Below, piece by piece: positions 54,448 to 64,000 of a DNA stretch of 64,000 bases. This DNA is from Octopus vulgaris (lineage: Eukaryota). The DNA is taken from positions 930,001-994,000 of the forward strand of contig OX597827.1 of assembly GCA_951406725.2 (NCBI GenBank). The letters run 5' to 3'. Numbering within the stretch: the stretch's first letter is position 1; each line of letters starts with the position of its first letter. Below the pieces are notes generated by a model that saw only the letters and a list, made by a program, of their open reading frames with translations, was not told the origin of the DNA and ran no database searches. The translations under genes were made by a program, and so were the position numbers.

Positions 54448-54605
54448 GGAGGAGGAGGAGAACGAGGAGGAGAAGAAGTGGAGGGGAGGAAGAGAACGAG
54501 GAGGGGGAAAATGAGGAGGAGAAGGGGTGGAGGGGAGGAAGAGAACGAGGAGGGGGAAAATGAGGAGGAGAAGGAGTGGAGTGGAGGGGAGGAAGAGAAC
54601 GAGAG
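54448..54605 (+). repeat. polypurine minisatellite of about 48 bp, roughly 3 copies
   Basis: GGAGGGGAGGAAGAGAACGAG recurs three times. Confidence 0.8.
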
Positions 54606-55012
54606 CTTCTAACAAAGGAAAGACGAAAGTTGAATGTCTTTTTATGTATGTATGTGTGTCTGTGTGTCCGTATCTATGTACGTGGATGTCATGTGTGTTC
54701 GTATCTATCTGGATGGTACCTGTAATACAAAGGTCCAGTCTTGTCTCACAGAGGGTTACTTTGATTGCACTGCAGAGTTACGTTGAGGGCTCATGGTTCG
54801 GTAGAATAGTCATCGTGGAAACCGATGGAGGATCTCTAATATCTCTTTTAATCACAATGTCTTCTTCTCTTGTTTATTGTATCCGCAATGTAGATTTCAA
54901 ACCTCTAAACACTGCAACAAGCAATCCATGGAAACTTCTGTTTCTATGGCAACTTACCTGTCACACAATCGCCCACATGAAAACAAACAAAATACACACA
55001 TTCACTCTCAAT

Positions 55013-55073
<61 letters not shown>

Positions 55074-55386
55074 ACATACACACACACACGCAACTCGTTT
55101 GTATTTTTTGTATGAATGAGTGGGTGTATGTGAATTGAGGGTATATGTGTGTGTGCTTGTGCGCCCTTCTACGCGTGTGTACCTTGCATGTGCGTACGTG
55201 TGTGTGTGTGCTTGTATGTAAGTGTGTGTATGTGTGTGTGCACGCGTGCGTGTGTATTGATTTAGATGTCATGCATATTAGGCAGGCTTTCTTTCGATGC
55301 GATTCTCGGTCCACATGTCTCCCTCTCTTTCCCCTTCTCTATCTCTCGCCCAGTCTCTATATCCACATTTATATGTACATACATAC

Positions 55387-55430
<44 letters not shown>

Positions 55431-55595
55431 GTCGTCTGTGAATCCGAAAGATAAGCCAGAAAGATAGGCTCTCGTATATCTATCTGTTAACAGGATGGGC
55501 AAAATGGATCTATATGTGTGTGTGTGCGCGCGTGTGTGCGTGTATATATATAGGTATATATATACATATAGACATATGTAAATATACATATAGAC

Positions 55596-55626
<31 letters not shown>

Positions 55627-55677
55627 TATAGGCATATGTAAATATATGTATATATATACACATATATTATATATATA

Positions 55678-55719
<42 letters not shown>

Positions 55720-55721
<2 letters not shown>

Positions 55722-55925
55722 AATCCAAACAAAAAAGCACAAAAAAAGACAACAACGCGAGGACGTGGAACAAGTATAGTGTTATTGGACGCTCAGGAAA
55801 GAAGGAAAGAAGTAGGGTTTAACGTTTCGAGCGGAGCTCTTCGTCGTAAACATAGGAGAAGGAAAGATCCAGAGAAGGGAAGACAGAGGGGAAAATATCG
55901 CCAACGGTACACACGAGGTCACATA
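55720..55925 (-). mobile_element. second copy of the short PLE-type unit; hammerhead core mutated
   Basis: Aligns to 12330-12540; minus GTTT ACGACGA A GAGC-TCC-GCTC GAAA CG TT AAAC. Confidence 0.6.
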
Positions 55926-56343
55926 CATACATTTATTATATATATACATACATATATATATATTATATATATTATAATATGCAGATACGCACGCAGACAC
56001 ACGTATATATGTGTGTGTGAGTGTGTGTGTGTGTGTACATATACGTATACATACATACACACACATGTTTACATATATATATTTCGTGTTACGCTAAGAC
56101 TATATAATACTAAGCAAATCTGAAACGTACGTATTAAGTGATTAAAAAATTAGTTTTTAGTTGGACTGCATTATTACAAATATAAGTGTGTGTGTATGTG
56201 TATGTATGTGTGTGTGTGTGTATGTGTGTGTGTGTGTATGTGTATGTGTGTGTGTAAGTGATGTATTTGAATTTAAACATCAATGCAGACGCGCACTGAA
56301 TAAGCAATCAATACATACATACATACATACATACATACATACA

Positions 56344-56377
<34 letters not shown>

Positions 56378-56684
56378 CACACAAATATACCATGCTGTTG
56401 ATGTTGAAATTCCAAGGAGCCTTGGATCTAGGTTAGAAACCAGTTCTTTCTCTGTTGGCTAGAAATCTTGAAATAAACTGAATAATGACATGCATACATA
56501 CATACATATCTATATCTACACACATACACACACATACACACATTATAGGTATGTTGGTATAAACAGGAAAAATAGAACTGAAATTATGAGTATTACTTGA
56601 CATAAACTTAATTCTATTGGAATTGACTTCAGATACAATAACCTTGTTATTAATATTTCTAGAGGGTTGGATGGTGTTAGCTAA

Positions 56685-57095
56685 ATTAATGTTAGTATTA
56701 GTAAATGTATTAGTAACTCTAAGATTAAAAATTCTATATACCAGTGTATAATCAGTACTCGTAATAAAGTACGATTTTACTTTGGAAGCACATCGTTAGA
56801 GTTATCTAAAAGAATTTCTATCCATTACTCAACATTTAGGGATAGAAATAAACGTAATAGTACCGGTCTCAGCAAACTGATTTGGGATTTAAAAGACCAC
56901 AATGAACAATTTCATTTAGAATGGTTGATTCTCTCAATTTCGATACCATATGACAAAGGCAAGGAATTCTGTCTTCTCTGCAATTCTGAGCTATTTTTCA
57001 TTATTTTTTCTAAAAATACTCTAGTAAACACGGTTATAGAACGAGCATACAGATGTAAGCATTGGCAAAAACGTACATTTAGTGCATATAAGTAG
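56685..57095 (+). pseudogene. Penelope-like GIY-YIG endonuclease domain (absent from the ORF track)
   Basis: Open frame NSIYQC...FYFGSTS...KRISIHYSTF...TGLSKLIWDLKD...LEW...FCLLCNSE...LVN...RCKHWQK*; in-frame stops upstream. Confidence 0.8.
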
Positions 57096-57296
57096 TCTCT
57101 ATCATTATATATAATTTAAACTTTAATTTCCTTTATATTTAACATTCACTATTGGTATCCCTACTCTTTCTGTTAGCTACTTATGATGTTATATCATATA
57201 ACGTTTTTTTAAATAATATTAATAGCGTTCTATCTATCGCTTTACAAATCCATCATTTTTTGCTAAAATGTCTTCTTGACGAGTTTCGCTTTTTTC

Positions 57297-57382
57297 ACTT
57301 TCCTGAGGAGAAGATTGCATTGTTTATACCATTTATTCTTTTGAATAGCATCAGAGGAATTTTCGAAACATGTGTCGAAAGT
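57297..57382 (+). ncRNA. type I hammerhead ribozyme in the PLE 3' pLTR
   Basis: ACTTTC CTGAGGA GAAGATT..AATTTTC GAAA C ATGT G TC GAAAGT; 6-bp stem I, 7-bp stem II. Confidence 0.85.
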
Positions 57383-57423
57383 AAAAATATTTGATTACAC
57401 CTGCGTTAAACTCCATTTATTTA

Positions 57424-57964
<541 letters not shown>

Positions 57965-58469
57965 TATATATTTCTGTGAGTGTATCTGGTGTGTGTGTGT
58001 ATGAATACGCGTATGCACACATCCACATTTTCATATAAGCATCATCCTCACTGTTGCAAATATGTTAATGTAATGATGAAATAGAAGTATAATACGCATG
58101 CGCACAAGCATTCGCTCATTCACATATTCAGATACACTTAAGCAATCAAATACAGCCAGACATATACACACAGGTAAACAACAACAACAACAATAGCGCG
58201 CGCACACACACACACATACATACACACACGCGCGCGTTCACATATGATGAACATATACTTACCACCATACATACATACATACGTACATACAAGCGTAATG
58301 ATGCACATAGACCATATATCTACATATATATAGAAACATATATAAACATACTATATGCGCGTGTGTGTGTGTGTGTAGATACAGAAACTACAAAAAACAT
58401 ATAACTTACATACACTTGTAAAAGACACGCACAACCGACTCGTGAATTCCTCACGCAAGGACATACGTA

Positions 58470-58508
<39 letters not shown>

Positions 58509-58648
58509 TTACACACACATACACACATGTATACACATACATATACAGGCACATACATATACAGGCACAACACAATGCAAACAAAGAATGGAATTGAATA
58601 ATATAACGATCGTAACATTAGTGAAATCCACAAGCACACACATATATA

Positions 58649-58709
<61 letters not shown>

Positions 58710-58743
58710 CTTGCACAACAAATATTTAAACGTATATATATAT

Positions 58744-58787
<44 letters not shown>

Positions 58788-59610
58788 TTATATATATATA
58801 TATGTATATATATTATATATATACAGGAGGAATTACAACCGTGTTTCGTGGTCTGCTACCACAACAGCTCCTTTATAGGATCCAGTTAGCTCAAGACATC
58901 ATCAGTAGGAACCACATCTGGTTTCGGCGCGCTAGTGCCGGAAAACAACCCTGCAGATAATAAATTACCGCAGTTAATTCACCGGTTTGAGAACATTGCT
59001 ATTTTAAATATATATATATTATATATACATATACATACACACATATATTTACATATATCTATGAATGTATGTACACACACACACACATAAATTTATACAG
59101 AAAATGAAACAAGAAATCTTGCAAGGCAATCAGAACCGGAAACTACGTCGCAGAATCAAAGACTTCTGTGGTGCCACCGTTTTCTTAAGGCTGTCGGTAA
59201 TGTTTGTCTGTATGTCACCAACAAATACTCACTCGCCCTTTTCTCTCTCTCTCTCTCTCTCTCTCACTCTCTCTCTCTCCCTTCCTCTCTCTCTCTAAGT
59301 TCTTCCTCCATAACCTCTTGACTTTGTCTTCTGCTTTCAAAACCGATTCTTTTGACTTCTGCAATTTTCCTTGTCTATTCTTGTGTTTGCAGTTGTTGTT
59401 GCTGTCGTTGTTGTTGTGATTCTGTAAAGATTTCGTTGTTCTGTTTTTGTTGTCGTTGTTTATTGAAGTTGTCGGTCTTTCTTTAGATGTTTGTTATTTG
59501 TTTTTGTTTTTATTTCTATTTTTTTTGCTTTTTCTTTCTGTTTTTTGATTTGACGTTTTTATGCCTTTGAAATCTGTCTTCATTTTGACATCGTATCATC
59601 TATTGCACAC

Positions 59611-59650
<40 letters not shown>

Positions 59651-60179
59651 CACAACCACTACTGTCTCCATCACCACGGCCACCATCAATAGCAGCACTA
59701 CTATCACCACCACCACAGCTACCGCCACCACTACTACTACTGCCGCTGCTGCTGCTGCTACTACAACTACAACTACTGCACGACCTAAACCGGGAAGTGT
59801 CATCAGCATCAACAGCAGCAGCATCAGTAGCAACAACAACAACAGCAGCAATGACTATGAACTACATAACAACGTCCTCTGTATTCTTGTTCGACCTGCT
59901 AAGGATAACAGCCAATTGTGCCACAAGGCACACAGCGTCATCAAAATGTCTAACTATGATTGCATTATCCAGTGTAGTCTTTCTTACACAACGTTCAATC
60001 ATAAACAGGATGGTCTTGTTTGGAACGCCAATCACTTATTATTTTCTCGCTCAGAGCTGACCTGGAGTGAAACAGCAGCACGCGTAAACATATAAACGTG
60101 TACATGCATTTGTGCCTGCGCTTGATCAATAAGTATTCGGACTCTTGCCATAATACCGAAGCTAAAGCATACAGTAAAG

Positions 60180-60525
60180 CCACAGAGTAAAGCAGAGTAA
60201 AGCAGATTGACCTTGTACTCTGCTGTGTATGCGTACTAAGTTTTAACGTTCTAGCTCACTTCCGCTGTTTACAGCAGTGCTTGGAAGGAAGGTGTGTGTC
60301 GTGTGATTGTCGCTTTGACCATAAAAGAGTAAGCTGAGCAGAGAATCTGCATCAAATTTTGCCAAAAGCTTGGCGATACCTGCTCAGAGGCCTATGCAGA
60401 GTTTTCAAAATGTTTTCCTCTTTTTCGACACAATCAAGGAAATCTTCTGTAACGGAAACCCGAGTGTCTTTTTGGTCAGCTGAAAGCAGTTTTGCACAAA
60501 CTTGGCAGACACACCCAAATCTTCG
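60180..60525. mobile_element. rearranged mariner fragments
   Basis: Plus EQRICIKFCQKLGDTCSEAY; minus VSAKFV. Confidence 0.7.
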
Positions 60526-61189
60526 ATGTTAAGTAGTTTATTAGGGTTCACTGCTCTATTCAAATCTTTATCTAGGTTATTTTTCTTCCAGATTTTATAT
60601 GTATGTGTTGTATTTTCGTTCTTTAGGTAGAGCACTGCTGTAAAATAAGCGTAGAGGAGTGAAATTTATTCCTCACGTGCCCATTTATATTTTTTTAAAA
60701 TTTTATTTGCGGGACATGAGGAATAACATCCGGCCCTTTATTTTGACGGTCATGGTTTTCGTGGGGCACCGGTCCATTCATTTCTGGTGTTAAATGGTGT
60801 TGCACGTGTAATTTTTCGTACTTTTTGTGTAACAAGTTTGAAGTACGTACTTCCCCATTGTTATTTTTGGGTTGAATAATACAAGTATTATTTAATTTAT
60901 TTATAATGTTTTTGCGCACGTTGTTTGGGGACGGAGATGGTCTGGTGTTGATTGGATCGTAATGTGGCCAGCGTGTTTACACGTGTTGCGCGAGCAATGC
61001 AGATGATATACAGTTAAAATACGTCATTTCATGTGGAAATGAGTATTACTTACTCGGATATAATCCAACACGTTGTCAATTAGTTTTGGCTCCATGTTAT
61101 GGCTTTATTCCCAATATTTTTGAATAAATTTCGGAGCTGCGTTTTATCACTCTCACATGTTAAACGTCCTCGGTCTTCTTCTTCTTCTG

Positions 61190-61380
61190 TGAGAAAGCGG
61201 CACACACCATCAAAATGACGCTGGGGTACAAATATACGAAGCCTAATAGACCCATCATGACTACTTGTCAGATAAGGGTACACCAGGCACATACATCACA
61301 ACCATATATGCGTGACATAGTGATATATCAAGATTAACAGCAAATGTCATTGCAGGCGGAGCCCAGTTAGAATTTTCTCC
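61190..61380 (-). mobile_element. diverged fragment of the (TAA)n-associated non-coding element
   Basis: CCCATCATGACTAC..GATAAGGGTACACCAGGCACAT matches 673-782 and 1980-2435. Confidence 0.7.
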
Positions 61381-61399
61381 CTCTCAAAAGGTCACTTAT

Positions 61400-61671
61400 A
61401 CGCCGGCCCTTATAAGCCAGGCGTGGCTCGAGAAGGAACCCATCTGAACGGGTCGCCGGTCCGTCGCAGGTGAGCTGCAAGATGCAGGAGGGAAGTGTGA
61501 GAGAAAATTGTGGCACAAGAGTCAGCAGAGGTTCGCCATTACCTTCTGCCGGAGCCGCGTAGAGCTTAGGTGTTTCACTCATAAACACACACATTGCCCG
61601 GTCTGAGATTCGAACTCACGATCCCTCGACCGCGAGTCCGCTGCTCTAACCACTAGGCCATGTGCCTCCAC
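61400..61671 (-). mobile_element. tRNA-derived SINE, family C
   Basis: Matches 13735-13906. Confidence 0.85.
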
Positions 61672-62889
61672 TATTAAAGGATATTCCTAATTTATGAACT
61701 TTATAAATGAAATGAATTGAATAGAAGAGACCAAAAAGAAAAAAAATCTAGTTTTATTAGAATATATGAATGTCATTTAATTAAAAAATAAAAATCACTC
61801 AAAAACTGATGTAATGCAGTAAGCAATACCTCCCGTTAACAATATAATGTCACTTAGTTATAACTACTGTTGTTATGCAAATATTCACCTGGATATAGTT
61901 ACCGTTGCTATATAAACATTACCCGAAGAGGGTTGAAGACCATTAAAGGACTTGTGAAAACTCTTGTACAAAATAAAGATATAAAGTGCGAAAATCCGAC
62001 TATGTTGGAATACAATTGTCTAATAAGTATTATTTGTGCACATTTATATTAACTGAACTACACACACACACACACACACACACTCACACACGTATATATG
62101 CACACTCACACACCCAAACACACACATTTTATATTATAATGCATGAATGTTGTCAAACATTCGTCAAATCTTAATCTATTATATGCATGTATGTATGTAT
62201 GTATGTATGTATGTATGTGTGTATGTATGCATGTATGCATGTATACATGCATGTATGTATGTATGAATCTATGCATGCATGCATGTATGTATATATTATG
62301 TATACATGTGTGCATGTAGGGAGAGCGGCAACAACGACGACGATGGGGATGATGATGATGGGTCGTCATCATCATGACGACGACAACGATGATAATGACA
62401 ACGATGTTGATGACAATGATGTTGATGACGACTATGATGATGATGAAGATCATGATGATGACGATGCTAATGATGACACCAATGATAATCACGATGACGA
62501 TGATACTGACGACGATGATGATGACGCCGACGATAGTTTGAGTGCATTTTCGGTGGGTGTGAAAATTAGAGGTTATAATTAAAAGTAATTACTATCATAG
62601 AATAGAAACAGACCCAAAAGTGGTTTGTAATAATGCTAATTAATTCGGTAAACCGTAAAGCAGTGAAATGTACCGTTGTTGCTGTTATTGTTGTTACTGC
62701 TGTTTTTGTTGTTGATGATATCGTTGCTTCAAATCAATCCAACAGTGACCATCCTATCTGAAACTCAGACTGCATTATCCAATATGGTCTTTTTTTTATT
62801 GGATGTCTTTCGTGTTTTATCCTTTTCTTGTTTCAGTCATGCTGGAGCAACTTTACAACATCGTCACATTACAAGCTTTTCTTGACCCA

Positions 62890-64000
62890 GAGAACCATTA
62901 TCAAGATTACATACCAAACATGTATGAAATGAGAGCCGCACTTAATAATTTGCCAAAGAAAGACGCCAAATGGAATTGGTCAAACAACTGTCAAAAGGTG
63001 CTTCAGGGTATTAAAAAAGATATTAATTTCGGATTTGTCGTTGGTTCATTCTGATCCTGCAGTGGAGATTGTTGTAACTTCTGACGCTTCTGAATACGGC
63101 GTAGGAGCAGTTTTGCTATACGAATATAAAGACGGTGATATGAAGGCGGTGGTTTATGCCACACGTGCTCAGATTGCAGTTGAAAAAAAAACTACAGTTA
63201 CATAGAGAAAGAAGCCCTAGCGTTTATTTTTCCGTGAAGAAATTTCTCAGATTTCTCCGCGGAAGACGTTTTCAGCTTCAGATGGACCACCAACTGTTAC
63301 TATCAATTTTCAGATCGAAGAAAGGAATTCCTACCCATTCAACTAACAGATTTCAACGCCGGGGTACAATATTGTTAAATTACAACTTTAAGATGGAGGA
63401 CATTCCTTCTAAGAAAATTGGCCATGCGGATTGCTTATGCAGGCTAATTCAGAAGAATGCGGAACTGCTTGAAGATATGGTGATAGCCAAATTACAATCA
63501 GAAAAGGAAATTAAAAACGTTATGTGTAATGTCATTCTGGAGTTGCCAGTGACTGTGCAAGATATAAAAAGTAAATGAACGGAGTAAAATACATCATAAA
63601 CATAAAGGAAGCCTTGAAAAATAAACAAAAGAGAAAGACGAATGCGAACGGTGTTTTCCTCTACGATGGTGTAGTAATGGACGCACAAAGAGTGTTAGTA
63701 CCAATTGCATTACAGAAACAGAAAATTTGGTAAAATCATTTAGACGTTGTGCGCTTGCAGCCAAGGCACCACCGGTGAAATACCAATCGTGGCCTGAGAC
63801 GGATAGTCCGTGGTCCAGGGTACATATAGACTACGCTGGACCAGTAAAAGACGCATACTACCTGGACATTGTTGATAGCTTTACAAGTGGGCCGGAAGTA
63901 TGTAGGTGCAGTCAACCCACCTCGAAGGCAACAATAAAGTTCCTGCACGGACTTTTTGTTCGATATGGTGTTCCGGACACCATAGTATCGGACAATAGAA
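62890..64000 (+). mobile_element. degenerate Gypsy LTR-retrotransposon pol (RT connection, RNase H, integrase start)
   Basis: SDASEYGVGAVL...EKEALA...DHQLLLSIF...HADCLCRL; PWSRVHIDYAGP...RYGVPDTIVSDN; frameshifts; runs off the window. Confidence 0.9.

Noticed and set aside
56390-56490. Short (CATA)n-flanked insert with GAAACCAGTT as a hammerhead
   Set aside because: No CUGANGA core in this copy
56598-56600. In-frame TGA upstream of the GIY-YIG as a selenocysteine codon
   Set aside because: An in-frame TAA follows at 56682 and no SECIS was identified; decay is the simpler explanation

Overview
AT-rich eukaryotic DNA almost entirely made of microsatellites and transposon debris. The SINE families, microsatellite load and mollusc-type 5S sequence suggest a cephalopod, most likely Octopus (inference). 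It looks intronic or intergenic: I found no confidently recognisable host-gene exon, and almost all ORFs in the track are microsatellite artefacts. Recognisable content: tRNA-derived SINEs, (TAA)n-targeted R4/Dong-like RLE retrotransposons, RTE, CR1 and Tx1/L1 LINE fragments, two Penelope-like (PLE) coding remnants, mariner, Tigger, piggyBac-like MITEs, a Helitron, a Gypsy pol remnant and two 5S pseudogenes. The strongest unexplained signal is a set of short non-coding units in (TA)n tracts. They carry type I hammerhead ribozymes with palindromic stem III loops, and/or fold-back arms with an unpaired tail. One is a 399-bp monomer with a 22-bp terminal redundancy, like a retrozyme or circular-RNA unit. 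Coordinates were counted by hand; element boundaries are approximate.
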